Source of the DNA: Gracilinanus agilis
Lineage: Eukaryota
DNA: 64,000 nucleotides
Assembly: GCF_016433145.1 (NCBI RefSeq)
Contig: NC_058133.1
Coordinates: forward strand, 405,124,911 to 405,188,910
Reading direction: 5' to 3'
Positions 38,801 through 53,280 of the stretch are shown one piece after another. Each line of letters starts with the position of its first letter. Position 1 is the stretch's first letter. A program made the translations under genes and the position numbers. The notes below the pieces were generated by a model. It made no database searches, was not told the DNA's origin, and worked only from the letters and a program-made list of their open reading frames with translations.

Positions 38801-39690
38801 GTGACTTTATCTTTCAATGCCTCAGGCATCTCTTTACATCTATTGTTAGAGATAAAGTTGATTTCTTTTAATTGCAAAGAATCCCCAAGCATTGATGAAA
38901 TCATATGTCTTACATCTCTACACACAAAGAGCACCCCACTCCTCACAAATAAAATAAAAAAACAGTGAACTGTTAGGTTCAAAGAATGAAAATGTGAACA
39001 CCTTCCTGGACTCTGCTCTCTAGGCAGTCTGGGGAGGGGATCGAGGGAAACATAATATGCATCAATTAAATGTAGTTATCAATCCTTGTACTAGATGCCA
39101 TCCTGTCTCTTTTATCCCTCCATCCTTCTCTTTGAGAATACTCCCTATCTACCCTAAATATAGGTTGTATAGACATTGTTTACATTCCATTTCCCCCATG
39201 AAAATGTGAGATCCATGAGGGCAGCAAACACATTTTTGCTTCTCTTCCTTCCCCCGCACACACTGTTTTTATATCCTCAGTGCTTAGCATGCCACATGGT
39301 ACATAGTAAGAATTTTATAAATGCTTTTTGCCTGACTGGCTGTTTAGAATGTGACAGGAGTAATGGAGAAATTGAGGTAGAGTATTCTTGCAAAAGTGTT
39401 TTTCTTTTTTGATTTAAGGTCTTGTCTCCCGTGGAGTTTTGTGAAGATTGAGAAATGAGAATGTTTTGGCTCAAATTGTCCTAATCCTGTATATTGATCA
39501 GCTAATTAGTCAATAAATATTTCTTAAGAACTGACTTCGTACCAAGCATTATGCTAAACTCTGTGACCTACTGCCTCTGCCCCTTCCTTTGCCCCACAAA
39601 CCCCAAAGATGGGGTAGGATTATAATCCCTGTCCAGGAAGTATTTACTTTTTTAGAGGGAAATAAGAAAATAACTAAGGACATGGGCTAT

Positions 39691-39938
39691 GGGCAGCTGG
39701 ATGGGACAGTGGATTGAGCACCAGGCCAAGAGTCAGGAAACCTGAGTTGAAATTTGGCCACAGACAATTACTACTTGTGTGACCCTGGGCAAATCACTTA
39801 CCACTGTTTATCTGTTTCCTTATCTGTAAAATGAGCTGGAAAAGGAAGTAGCAAACCATTCTAGAACCTTTGCCAACAACAATAACAACAACAAAAACAA
39901 ATAGATTCAGAAAGAGTCAGAAACAACTGAATGACAAA
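39691..39938 (+). mobile_element. MAR1-like SINE
   Basis: Head, CORE and tail, with an (AAC)n insert in the tail. Confidence 0.75.
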
Positions 39939-41224
39939 CACAGTCTATACACACTGGGTAAATACAAGGTAGTCCTAGAGAAGAAAGCACAAGGCAGGGT
40001 GAGGATGTGCTACTCATCCTTATCTAGATCTACTATCTTCAAAGCCATTATTGGAAATATCTGGTGACTAGGGTTCGGAGGTGGCATATATAGAACTATG
40101 AATAGGAATAGAGAGTTTGAGAAATGGAAAAATTGAAAGATTCAGTATGTGATAAGTTTAAGTTTTCCAAAATCTGAATTAATATTAAACAATGAATTCA
40201 GGACTCTGAAAATTCCTTTTCCCCTATTATATACTCCTGAAGGATGATTATTCTTTGATAATAACCACATGGTTCATTTGCCTGGATTACGAATATTGTT
40301 AGTATTTGTGAAAAAAACCTCCTTGACATAAGCAGAGCTTATAAGTTAGCTTAGATTGTGAAAGGAAGAATTACTTTTTTAGTTCTCCTTGTTATTTTCC
40401 TAATGAGACCAAGCACAGTAGCTGCATCTCTTTCATATATTCGTGGCAGAAGGAGCTGCAGGAGAAAATACTTGATTTTCTGTAACTATGTCTAACTAGC
40501 TAACAATGGTCAGAATGCAAGTTGTCAATGTAAAGCCATTTGATTCTCTAAAATGCATAGAAGTCCAATGCTAAAACATAACATCCATAACAAAATGTTA
40601 TGGTACATTGAATGGTCAGAGCACAAGTTCTGAAGTTGGAAGACTTAGGACCAATGCCCACCTCTGACACTTGCTAGCTCTATGACCTTGAATAAATTAT
40701 TTAACTTTTCTGGACCTCAGTTCCCTCATTTATAATATGAGGAGATTAGACTAATGACCTCAGAGAACCCTTCCATCTCTTAGTCTATGATCCTATGTAA
40801 TGATCAGTGAAGGACAAAGTTAATTGTCTCCAGAAGGGCACTTGAGAAGCTCTTCAACACCTTTCTATTTCAATTGGAGTTACTGAACAGTCTTTTTGAT
40901 TGCTCCAGCTCAATGCAGGAGTGTCTTCCCTACAAAATTATCTCCATTTATCTCATTTGGATCCCTTCCTAGTTGTTTCCATGTTATCCCCTATTGATGT
41001 TTAAGCTCCTTAAAGGGTAGGGTTATCTTTGCCTTTGTTTATTTCTGCATACTGCTGGGTGCTTGGCATGCAGCATATGTTTAGTAAATGCCTGTTGACT
41101 TTACAAATAGAGAATGTTAAGAGTTTGGTAACATCTTTAGAGTTAGATTAAGGTAAAACACATAAAAGAATACAAGGATTTAGTCTTAAAGCTTTGATGT
41201 AATTTTCAGGTAAGAGGTCTGTTT

Positions 41225-41296
41225 TCTAGCTTTTTAGAATTCAGATTTTGGCCCTTTCTCCCTTCCATCTCCTCCCCAAGGCAGTAAATAGTGTTT

Positions 41297-41344
<48 letters not shown>

Positions 41345-43378
41345 ACCAGTGCTTTCATGCAATAAATATTTCCATATTGATTATGCTATGATAAAAGACT
41401 CATATAACACATATAATAAAAAAAAAACTCATGAAGTAAATAAAGTGGATGATGCTTTGATCTGCCACCAGACTACAACAGGTCCTTCTTTGGCTGTGGG
41501 AAGCATATTTAAAATAACATTTGAACATTATGGATATCTTTGGAACTTGCTTTGCTCATAATAATTTAGTCCTTCACAAATGATCATTGGTATAATATAT
41601 CTGTTACTGTATATATTGTTCTCCAGCTTCTGCTCACTTCATTTTGTATCAGTCCTTTCCAGGTTTTTCTGAACTCATTCTGCTCAAAGTACAATAGTAT
41701 TCAGTTACAACCATATGCCACAACTTGTTCATCCATTCCATAAGTGATAGACAATCCCTTAGTTTTCGATTCTTTGCCACTACAAAAAGATCTGCTAAAA
41801 ATATTTGGGTACAGGTAGGTCCTTTTCCCTTATCTCTGATCTCTTTGTGATACAGACCAAAGAGTGTTACTAGTATCAATTGATGCTAATATGGATAGTG
41901 GTATCAGTTTAGCTCCACCAACAGTGTATTAACATCCCAATTTTCCTATATCCCCTCTAAAATGTATAATTTTCCTTTTTCATCATGTTAGCCAATCTGA
42001 TAAATATGAGATATGAGATGGTATCTCAGAGTTGTTTTAATTTGCATTTCTCTAATCAATAGTAATTTGGAGCATTTTTTCATATTACTATAGTTTTAAT
42101 TTCTTCCTCTTAGAGCTGCCTGTTTATATCCTTTGATTATTTTGGGATTTGGGAATGCTTTATATTCTTATAAATTTGAGTCAATTCTTTATATATTTGA
42201 GAAATTAGGCCTTTTTCAGAGATATTTATTATAACCCTCATTTTGTTGTTTCCTTTCTAATCTTGGTTTATACAAAAACTTAAATTTAATGTAATCAAAG
42301 TTTTCCATTTCATTTTTTGTAATGTTTTATATGCCTTGTTTGTTTATAAATTCTTCCAATATCCACAAACATGACAGGTAAAGTTTTTCTATGTTCCACT
42401 AATTTTTTTATGTTATCTCCTTGAATTTCAAGATCAAATGCTCATTTCAACTTTATTCTGGTGTTTGAGATGTTGGTCTATGCCTAGTTTCTGCCATATT
42501 GTAGGATTGTCATTTTCACTACATTGGCCTAGCTTATCTATGAGCAATAATGTTTTTTCCAATTGTTTTGGCCTGACTTTATTTGTGTGAAGTGTTTTGA
42601 AATTGTGTTCATATAGTTTTTGGCTTTGTTTTCGTAGATATATCCTTAGTTATTTTATGTTGTCTAGAGTTATTTTGAATGAAATTTCTTTTTTTTTTCT
42701 ATCTCTCTTGCTGTTGGACTTTGTTAGTGGTAAATAGAAATGCTGATGATTTATATGAGTTTATTTTATATCCTGTGACTTCTAAAGTTGTTAATTATTT
42801 CTGTTAGTTTTTTGGTTAATTCTCTGGGCATACCATCATATCATCTGCAAAAATTGATAGTTTTGTTTCCTCACTACATATTTTAATTCCTTAAGTTCTT
42901 TTTCTGCTCTTATTGCTATAGCTAGCATTTCTCATATTATATTAAATAGTAATGATGATATATAATATCTATCTGTAATAGTAATGAACGAAAATAAAAT
43001 CCCTGATCTTATTAGGAATGGTTTAGTTTATCCCTATTACAGATAATGCTTACTGATGATTTTAAATAAATATCATTTAGCACTTTAAATATTTTCTCAT
43101 TTTTTTAAAGTTAGGAATATGTGTTATGTTTTTTCAAAAGTTTTTTTCTGCATTTATTGAAGTAATCATATGGTTTCTATTGGTTTTGTTATTGATATGT
43201 TCAATTATGTTGACAGTTTTTCTAATATTTAACTATTCTTGCGTTCCTGGTATCAAACACACCAGATCGTGGTGTATGATTTTTGTGATAATCATGCTAT
43301 AATCTCCTTGCTAATATTTTAGTAAAATTTTTTGCATCAATATTCCTTAGGGAAATTTGTCTATATTTTTCTTTTTCT
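41225..43378 (-). mobile_element. Old 5'-truncated L1 fragment (3' ORF2 and 3' UTR), with internal deletions
   Basis: T-rich antisense L1 ORF2-like text (e.g. gttgttttaatttgcatttctctaat, catcatatcatctgcaaaa, cctggtatcaaacacaccagatcgtggtgtatgat). No intact ORF. A (TG)n tract lies in the 3' UTR part. Confidence 0.85.
41298..41341 (+). repeat. (TA)n(TG)n microsatellite
   Basis: Direct reading. Confidence 0.95.
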
Positions 43379-44811
43379 AGCCAACACAGTGTCTAATCTT
43401 AAAGAACATTAAAGTTAGAATTTATCTTATCAATGAGTTGAGACTGTAATGAGTGATGCGATATACCTAAGGTTATTCAAGTGCTAAGTGGTAGGACCAG
43501 AATTCAAAGCCAGATTTTCTGATTTAAAAATCTGTTCATTCCCCATTACTTTATTTAGCCCGGGATTGATACACTGATGCCCAAAACTGTTCAATTTACT
43601 TTGAATGCAAATTTACTTTCTTTTTCTTTTTTTTTCAAGATGCAAAGGGACTTTATTGTCTTAGTTTAAACCAAGGGTCTCACATCAAAATGTGTGACCC
43701 CTTACTTTCTTTTAAGTAATAGAATTAGGTCTATTACATCACAACTACAATATTTCTGCTTTCAACTGAATTCAGAAAACATCAATTAAGTCCCTGTTTC
43801 ATGCAAGACACTATCCTTGGCATTAGGGATATTAAAGACAGGTGTGATCTAAAGACCTTGTTCTTAAAGAACTTGCAACCTAATAGGCATAATATGGCAT
43901 ATAAATAAGTAATGATAGTATATGCAAGTGGGTGGGTAGGGAAAAAGACTATCCAATGTACATACTATGAAAAAAAGTAGAAGTCAGAATGATTATGTTC
44001 TTCTGAATGGTGAGAGAATGTTTCCTGGACACCCACTTTGGACTTTTAAGGAAGAGAAAGATTTCAAGAAACTAGAAGCCAAACGTTTTATTGTAGGAAT
44101 AAGGGCCATGTGATCCAAACATAAAGGTAAATTTGACTTTGAGCAATTTAATAATAAAATAACAACATGAATACAGTGCTTACTCCCTGCCAGACCCCAT
44201 AAATAAAGCACTTCTCATAAACCTGGAAGATCTGTGACAGGTGGAGAGAGTAAATATTTTCCAACTGAAGCTTATCTATAGGGAAAGACAAGTATTTTCA
44301 GTGAAGTTTACCTTTTGAAAATCCGATGCTTTACTCCAGCATTATACTAGCATTTTAAAAAATCTCTTGAAAAAGATTCTTTTCTTGTTCACAGACTATA
44401 TATTTTAAGAATTTTCTCCCTTGAAAAATGTTTGCTAATTAAAGTTTACCTACTAATTATTTAGATGACTTTTGGTTCTTTTCATGTTCTATTTGTTAAT
44501 CTGTGTCCTGAACACTGTCTCTGAGAGAAAATCAGATATCATGAATGAGTGATGTGGAGATTTAATTTAAAGCGGAGGGAAAACAAAGGCCATGGGACCT
44601 TGGCTCAGCAGTGACAATGACCTCTGTTTGTATATATAGTAGCTTTTAACATCCTAACCCTGAAGAACTCTGAATCTCAGCAGGTATTAGGAGGTAACGA
44701 CATTGAGGTGCTTAATAAACATAACAGGATTTATGCTTCTAAGAGAGCAGTGTCTCTATGCCGACTAGTCATCTCGGAGCCTGTAAGCCAATTGTTATAA
44801 TTATAATCATG

Positions 44812-45056
44812 GCTTTGGTCAGTTGTTTCAATGATGTCCAACTGTTCATGACCCCTTTGAAGGATTTCTTAGCCAAGATACTGGAGTGGTTTGCCATTTC
44901 CTTCTCTAGTTCATTTAAACATGAGGTAAATTTAGGAGGCAAACAGGGTTAAGTGACTTGCCCAGAATGACCTAGCTACTAAGTATCTAAGGTTGAATTT
45001 TGAAATTAGGTCATTCTTGACTCTAGGGTTGGTCCTTTATGCACTGAACCACCCAG
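44812..45056 (-). mobile_element. MAR1-like SINE, antisense
   Basis: gccaagatactggagtggtttgccatttccttctc...aagtgacttgcccag. Confidence 0.75.
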
Positions 45057-45173
45057 AAACCAGATATGGTAAATCTGATAATATTTTGCAAATTATTGTT
45101 TTCATAAATATTACCTCAGTCTCTCTTCACAGCAACCCTGTAAGGAAAGTTGGGCAGTGATCCCTATCCATAT

Positions 45174-45342
45174 TGGCAACTAGGTGGTACAATGGATAGA
45201 GCCCTGGACATCGAGTCCGGAATATCTGAGTTCAGATGTGATCTCAGACCCTTACACACTGTGTGACTTCTGGCTAATCACTCCAACTCGTTTGTCTCAA
45301 TTTCTTCAATTTTCAAATGGGGATATTAGCCTGCCTGCCCAC

Positions 45343-45382
<40 letters not shown>

Positions 45383-45470
45383 TGTGTGTGTGTGAAAGAC
45401 CAAATAAGATAATATTTAAGTGCTTTCTTAGCATAGTGTTTAACATTTGCTAGCTACTATATAAATGCTT
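45174..45470 (+). mobile_element. MIR-type CORE-SINE interrupted by (TG)n
   Basis: Head ggcaactaggtggtacaatggatagagccctggac, CORE, MIR-like tail aagtgctttcttagcatagtg. Confidence 0.65.
45345..45393 (+). repeat. (TG)n microsatellite
   Basis: Direct reading. Confidence 0.95.
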
Positions 45471-45651
45471 ATTCTCTTTCTCCTCCCATTTGAAGATAAG
45501 GAAACATAGGCTTAGAGAAATCTAACAACTTCATTAGATTACATCTCTTTAACCAGGTGGAGCTTGTACTCTTACTTTATGTGCCTTTAACATATTTTTG
45601 TAACTATTCCCAGGGGTAACAATTTCCCTTTGAGAGCAACATAATTTTTTT

Positions 45652-45840
45652 GTTTGTTTTTTTTTAACCCTTAACTTCTGTGTATTGACTTATAGGTGGA
45701 AGATTGGTAAGGGTAGGCAATGGGGGTCAAGTGACTTGCCCAGGGTCACACAGCCGGGAAGTGTCTGAGGTCAGATTTGAACCTAGAACCTCCTGTCTCT
45801 AGGCCTGACTCTCAATCCACTGAGCTACCCAGCTGCCCCC
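45652..45840 (-). mobile_element. SINE1_Mdo-like SINE (short 3' variant), antisense
   Basis: TSD AGCAACATAATTTTTTT (45635-45651, 45841-45857). Confidence 0.93.
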
Positions 45841-47102
45841 AGCAACATAATTTTTTTAACAGTTAAAAATTATTCAGAATGAAGGAGCATTAGATTAATG
45901 AGTAAGCTGAATATTACAATCCAAGATCAAAGATCTAATCTGCTTCTGAAGGGAAATTCCAACAAGGAATTCCAAAAATATTTTTTATCATTGATATGGG
46001 GAAAATTTAAACATACACATATATACAAATACACACTACCAATCTATTCTGAAATTGAAAAATTCATCTACATATGTAAATTCTAATTTATTAATTAAAA
46101 TCTAATCTTGAGTCTTGTAACTTTGTCTCAGATTTCTGAATTCTGCCAAACTAATTCACTTTTCTCTACTGAGGTTAGTTTCCATATAGTGAATGTTGTT
46201 CTTCCAAGTCATGAGATTCTGTGATTCTTTAACAGGACTAGTAGCTAGAATTTTTATTGTACTTTAAGGTTTACAAGGCACTACATGATCTCTCTTGATC
46301 TCATTCTATTACTGAACTCACAGGGTTGTTAAAATGTGAAACATTTTTATCAACATATGGAATGTTGGCTTTGAAGATTATTTGTAGTAACCTGAAGCCT
46401 TATTTTCAACTGGCATCCAGCCAGTATATAGTACTAGATGTATGGTGATTTGTTTCTGTCTGATAATGTGGCTTGCTGACTCTCCAAAGTGTTTTTGTCT
46501 GGATTTCAAAATCAGACCTAAATGCTTTGGTATTATTTGTTGGTTCTTGTGGTGGTCTTTTTGTTCTTTATTATGGAAAGTTGACTACATTTATTGGTTT
46601 AAAAGGTTTCTCCTCTATTTTCTCTAACTTCAGAGGATTTGATTTAACTTTTGATTAACAATAAAAATTATTTTTTATCATAATGTTTAAGTAAATTCAA
46701 GTGTTTTTAACTTTTGCCTTAAATGTGTATTATTAAAATGTATATGTAGTATTTTACTTTAAAGGTTTCTAAGAATATCTTTAAGGGGCCTTCTTGAGGT
46801 AGAATTGACTCTTCTGTGAATTTTCCATGCTACTCTCATATTTCCTATGTATGTAATAATTTTTCAACTTATTTGTATTTGTAATTTATATAAACAAGTG
46901 GTTCCACTGTTAGACTGTATTGTCTTTGAGAAAGGTATTATATTTTCCTTTACCTTTGTTACCCCAGGGCCTAAAATGGAGTCTTGAATAACAAGAAATG
47001 TTAAGTGCTTAATTTTTTTTTTTTTGCTTTAACAAAGGATGTTTGTGTGATTAAAAAAAAGACTCAGGAGAGAAGGAGCTATTATAAAGTTAAAATCAAC
47101 AT

Positions 47103-47302
47103 GGAGCTACTACATAGTCTAGTAGATAGAGAGCAAGGCCTGGAGATGAGAGATCCTGAGTTCAAATTTGACCTCAGACACTTCCTACCTCTTTGACCCT
47201 GGTTAAGTCACTTAACCCCAACTGCCTAGCCTTTACTGCTGTGCTGCATTGAAATAATATCTGTCTCTAAGAAAGAGGCTAAAGGTTTTAAAAATAAAAA
47301 AA
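47103..47302 (+). mobile_element. SINE1_Mdo-like SINE, diverged
   Basis: ggcctggagatgagagatcctgagttcaaatttgacctcagacacttcc, then CORE and A-rich tail. Confidence 0.75.
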
Positions 47303-47329
47303 TAAGACTGAGCAACTGGTCTGTTAAGA

Positions 47330-48030
47330 GAGAGAGATGAAATCATGAAGTCATGGAAGAATTGGGATGTGAATCTAGGTGATTGGAAGTATGATGGTGC
47401 TTTTAATTAGAAAAAGGGAAGTTTGGAGAAGGAGTTGATTTAATGGAGAAAATAATTAATGCCATTTTGGAAATAGTGAGTTTGAGATGCCTGAGAGACA
47501 TTGAATTGTAGATCCATGTGACCTTCAACAAATAATTTAATCTCTTTTCTTTAAGAATTATGAGAGTATTAGACTATTAAGTCATTTCTAAAACTGTCAT
47601 ATTATATCTAGCAGATAGTGAATGATTAGTACTCAAGAGAGACAATAGCACTGAATAAATGATCTAGAAGTCTCCTGCAAAGAGATGATTGAATTCATGG
47701 GAACTAATATGATCTTTAGAAGGGTAGAGAGAGAGAGATGAAGAGAGCAGTGGGAATAAAGCATTGGATGGGTGAGTGATATGGATGGAAAACAAAAAAG
47801 TTAAGAGGCTATAAATCAGTGATATTCATGAAAAGGATTCTTGTCTAGTTGGGAAGTAGAAATAGGAGAGAGAAATGTTAAAAAAGTGAATAAAGGACCA
47901 AATAAACAGGAGGGAGAATATTCAACTCCGTCACGGTAAATAAAGATGAAGAATGAGAATTATTGGATTTAAAAATTAAGAGAAAACAGTTTCAGTTCAG
48001 TAAGAGAACATTTCCAGTTGCATGATGAAG
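47330..48030 (-). mobile_element. L2 fragment, antisense; boundaries approximate
   Basis: gatggtgctttttaattagaaaaagggaagtttggagaaggagttgat...ttttggaaatagtgagtttgagatgcctg resembles antisense L2. Confidence 0.5.
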
Positions 48031-48463
48031 TTAGGAGCCACCACCATCCCTATCTTTGTATATGCATGACTCCAAGCATTCTTTATGTTGGTGGGGTATA
48101 AAGTCTGACTTTAGGTATGAAGTGACACAGAGTCAACTTTAGGCACTCACTTCTATTTCCAATTCTTGAGGAGACTCAGCTTCAAATGAAAAAGACCTTT
48201 GAGAGGAAAGGGAAGGATTCTTCCAGATCTGATCAAATGACCCTTCCAGTCCCATATAGCTCGTCTTGTCCTCTCTTCTGACTGGTACTTAGCCTATACC
48301 TTCTACCATGTAGTGGGTGAGACTGGAATCAGGACTGGTATAGTTCCTGTAACCAAAGAAGTCTTGAGAACCTTCCACAAAACCTTAATGGTAGAGTAAA
48401 TCTAGGGTTTCTTCCCCTCCTCTTTTCTCTCCTTTTCTTCAGGTATTCAGCTCATTCTTTGAA

Positions 48464-48689
48464 GGGCGGTTATGTGATGCAGTTGATAGAGTACTAGGCT
48501 TGGAGTCAGGAAGAAATGACTTCATATGTGGCTGTAGCCACTTCCTAGCTGTGTGACTGGGCAAGTCTGTTTGCCTCAGTTTCCTCATCTGTCAAATGAG
48601 CTGGAGAAGCAAACCACCCCAGTATTTTTTCCAAGAAAACCTAAATTGAGTCACATAGAGTTGGACATGACTAAAAAACAACAAAACAT
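48464..48689 (+). mobile_element. MAR1-like SINE
   Basis: Head, CORE and tail ending gagttggacatgactaaaaaacaacaaaaca. Confidence 0.8.
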
Positions 48690-51600
48690 TCCTCAAAAGG
48701 ATAGGGGCTGTCCACATCCCCATCTCCCTGTTCCTTTATATCATTGGCTTACATGGGAGGCTTCCTGGATGCTAGTGGTCCAACAGCCTGAAGGAAGGAA
48801 ATAGTCCTGGGGGAGATGTGGACAAGAGCATTCTTTTTTTTCTTGGTTTGGTATCTGAGTTCCCTCAGTCTCCATTTAAAAGTGTCTTTGGGCTTACCTT
48901 AGACTTGTTTACAACTTTGATGCTGTTTATAGTTATCTGCACATTTGTCTCATCCTCTATAATAGAATGAAGCTTCTTGAAGGTAAGACTATTTCATTCT
49001 CTGGAATAAATTATAAACTCATATACTAGGACTATGTTTTACTCATTGCTTTGTTGTGCAGATCAATCATATAACATTTAAAGCCCTTTCTTATCAAATA
49101 GCACTGCAAATATAGAGATGATGGATTTGGAGTCAGGAAGACCTGTATTCAAATGCTGCCCCACCTTAGGCATATTATTTAATATTTCATCTTCAGTTTC
49201 CTAATCTGTAAGATGGGAATAATAGGCCTTTCTTCACTGGATTGTTGTGAAAACCTTAATGCACTTTATAAAAGCTAGCTGTTACTATTCATATTTTAGC
49301 CCACTATAACCTAATGACACTTTTCAGGTTACCAATCCTTCATTCTCCAAACCCCATCCCCCAACCAAAAAACCTCTACATGCATAACTACATCTACGAC
49401 TTTGGCTTAAAATTAATGTTAATTGTTTTGTTAAAGTGAATGAGGGATAATTGCTAAAAGTATCTTAAGAGGAAATCTCCAACTGGAGTACCATGGTGAT
49501 GTTTTGTCTGCTTGCCTCAATTTATTTTCTTCTCAGTTTTCTAGTTATAAAAAAAAAAAAAAAACAAAACTACTTATTACCACCTGGCTCTAGAGTTAAA
49601 TAGGTGTGAGTTCCATACTGCTGAGTTTAACTGTTATTAGCACTTCTAAAAGGTGTTGAGGCCTGGAGAAGGTGTTTGGGCTAAAAACTGCCTCAGTATA
49701 GTCTGGCTTCTCTGGAGACTTATGGGAAGGAGGTTTTAGGTGGGACCTGAGAGTTTGGTTTTGGGTTTTATGATTTTTAAAATTTTAATTTCGTCTATTT
49801 TTTGGTAATTCCCAGAGTTGAGTGGTATCTTTAAATCATTATCTTTGGTGTTTCTTAATGTGAAAAGATGACATTTTTGGTCACCAAAACATTGTCATTC
49901 TAAAACCTCAGTCCCCCCCCCCCATTTCTTTCTAGTAACTCTAAAACTGTGGAGATCCAACAACTTATTTATGAACAAACTTTTACATTGTGCAAAGATT
50001 GCTACCCCTTGGAGTGGTCAAATGATTTAAAATTACACTCTATCTTTATCTTTCCATTGGGCTCTAACTAATTTCTTTATTTTATGTAATTATACCATTG
50101 TATAATGAAATTTGAAATGCATGGGATTCAGTGTTAGTCCTATGTGAGACCTAGCTGTGTATAAATATTAGATGATGGACTTCTTGGCTCCTTGAGGGCA
50201 GGAAGTGTGTCTTATACTTCTGAATGATCTCCCATAGCAAAGCACTCTGCCAGTGAACATGAAGTTGGTTGTCATGCACATAGCAGCTGCATGTTAGAAG
50301 TTTGTTGACATAATAGGGTTTCTCACCCCAACTCAGCTCTCACCCAGCACCTTCCTTTCTAAAATTATCTTCTATTTCTTCATATGTATCTTGTATGTAC
50401 CTATTTGTACACAGATTTTATCCAAGATAAGGATATAAATTCATTAAAGGCAAAGACCATTTTTTCTTGTTCTTTATAGCAGTGGCATTTAGCACATAGT
50501 AATAACAAACTAAATGCCTATTGATTCATTGGACATAACATAGCTTTGTCATTATCTTTTATATGTACACAAATAGGAGATGCTTTTTGTTTTAGACATT
50601 GAATATGACTATCATCAAAGAAGTTAAAAGTGGCAAGGTGTATGGAGCACCAGAAATGTTAATGAATAATATGATAATTAAAAAGTATTTGTAAACAGTT
50701 ATGTGAAAGATTGATCATGAGATAGTCAAATTACTTTTACTTAGCTAACATATGCTATTTAATTAAAAAAAAATGAATGTAAAATTCCTGTGCTTATTTA
50801 GATGTTTAGAGTGAAAAGAAACTAGGCAAGATAAAGAGAAGAATTAACCCATCACATGAAGTCCAAAGTCGGGTATTTTTCTAAGGATATTGTTGTTTTC
50901 TAATACACACAGAGATAATGTACTGAACAGGCTCCAGCTATCCTCTGTTGGAAGGACATAATAAGGTCAAGCACCATTTTACAAATCTCTCATCTCCTTC
51001 TCTAGTATATAACTTTACATTGTAAAGAATAAACATCTGTGCTTCTATGACATGCAAGTCTTACCCGAGGGACATCAATCTGCTTTTCTAAAGTCTACAT
51101 CATCTTTAAAAAATTAGCCCACTGACCTGCAAAAATCTTTTCTTCCTGTCTTTTCATATTCACTTGTTGAATGAAAGGGGGAAATCACCATTTGCTATAA
51201 AATAGGCTTCAAATGTGAAGTCGTGTCCACATAAATTCGTATAATGATTATTACAACTAATAATCAAAAACATGAAAAGAGAATATTAATTTCAGAGATA
51301 TACCCCACACATAAGTATTTGGCCCAATTTCCTTTGTAAGAATATTAAGTGTTTTCTGATAGATCTTTGAACTACATAAGGGAACAGTAAGAAAATTATT
51401 AATAGATAAAATTGGTTAAAATAATAACTACTTCTATAAAGGATTATTTTGTGCAGCTGTCATGTAAAGTTGCTTCTTAAATAAACATTATGAAATTATA
51501 GACATAAAGACATTGTTTTTTGTGCTTGACAAAGATGTGGCCTTACATTGTGTAAAAAAACTAGATTACCATGGGGAGAAGCAAATGGGCATTATGAGTG

Positions 51601-52542
51601 TTTCTTGCATTATATTCCTATTCTGCACCTGATCCACTTAACTATCCACATGCTACCTATTACTTCCTAAGGGTGTATGCTAATGTTATTTCAGTGGTAC
51701 AGCTTAGGCATGCCTTGATTATTATCATTTCTGTTGTTTAATATTTGCAGATTTGCCCACCATATGTTAGGTGCTCTAAAGTGTTGTTTGTGTGCTTAAC
51801 GAGTTTTTGTGTTTAGTGTTAATTGCTGCTCTGCTGGAATTATTTATTTTATTTTATTTTAGTCTTATATCTATCTCCCTTCTTAAAACTAGCATTAGTT
51901 CCACTTTAAATGGATTTCTTTTCCATCATTTTTAAAAGCTTTTCAAGCTGAATAATCTGATGGATTTCAATTTAAGATCTGAGATGCTGAAACTGACTGT
52001 TCCTGCTCTGAAGGAAAGGGAATCGTTTTGGCCGAAGGGAAAAGTGCTTCACAGCTGCTCTGATAAGGCTGATGGTTGGATTGATATTTTTCATTAGAAA
52101 AAAAAAATCGGCTACAGCCAAGAGCCTTGATTACTTTTAAAATGTTCTGTATTAAACTGCAGTTGCACTTTTGTAACCAGAGACTGTGTTTATTTTCAGC
52201 ACTGGCAATTCTGCCTAATGAATCAACTGGTGTTGAATTCACAAAGGGATATGCGGTTTTCTTTCTTCCATCTGGTTGCCAAATGAGCATGTTCTTTCTG
52301 TTTTTGTTAGTACTATACTAGCTTTCAAGGACCAACTGCATAGTAATGTTGATGCCATGACTAGAATGTTTGACTCCTGAGATCTTCCTTGGTCTTCTGC
52401 CTGCCATAGATTTTGTTTTTTTCTTTGAAGTAGAAGGTATAAATTGAATCACCAAGAAGGGAAAGGATATTCTTTTTACAATACCTAAGCTCTGGGAAAG
52501 GTGCTTTTCCAAGGTGCTTTTTACTTAGCTAAAAAGAAAATT

Positions 52543-52726
52543 GGTGGGGTAGCTCAATAGATTGAGAGCCAGGTCTATGAGCAGGAGGTCTTGGATTCAA
52601 ATATGGCCTCAGACATTTCCTTGCTGTGTGACCTTGGGTAAGTCAGTTAAATCAGTTGACTAGCCCTTGAAACCAATACACAATATTGGTTCTAAAACAG
52701 AAGATAAGGGTTTTTAAAAAAAAAAT
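52543..52726 (+). mobile_element. SINE1_Mdo-like SINE, diverged
   Basis: ggggtagctcaatagattgagagccagg...aagggtttttaaaaaa. Confidence 0.8.
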
Positions 52727-53280
52727 AATTGAGGATATAAATTTGTAGTGAATCTAGCTAGCCTATTTTCATTACTTTCTCCAACATGTAAAGTATATTT
52801 TAAGGGTTATTGAAGATTGGTGAAAGATAGAGTGGGAGCAGCAGAAAGATATTAAGCAAGGTAGAGAGAGTACCATTTTGAAATGCTTCATTGTAGGTCC
52901 AAGGGAGCAAAATAACCCCAAAACAGGGAAGGATCTAGGACTTGAAGGTTATCATGAAAATTAAGAACAGGATAAATAAGAATAAACAGTGAGAAAAGTT
53001 CAAATACACAAGATTATGATCATACAGTTTTTCAGTTCCCTGGAGATAATGGTACAGTTATTTTTTTTTAATTAAGTTATGTGGGCAGATGGGGAATACT
53101 CTGTGTGTCTGTGTGTGTGTGATCATCTCTACAATATTCCATCTATAGATAGAACTAAACTGACAGACACAAAGCCACTATCATAGTTAGAAGTTGCTAG
53201 AATAAATGGATGGAATTAAGACTTAAAAGGTAGAAAATAGAGATAGATGAAAATCACTCTTTAAAAAAATAGTCCTCTTA

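Noticed and set aside
51967-52321. Overlapping 107-aa (minus) and 64-aa (plus) ORFs
   Set aside because: No recognisable protein similarity and no splice pair in frame with utrophin. The region is treated as possible regulatory DNA instead.
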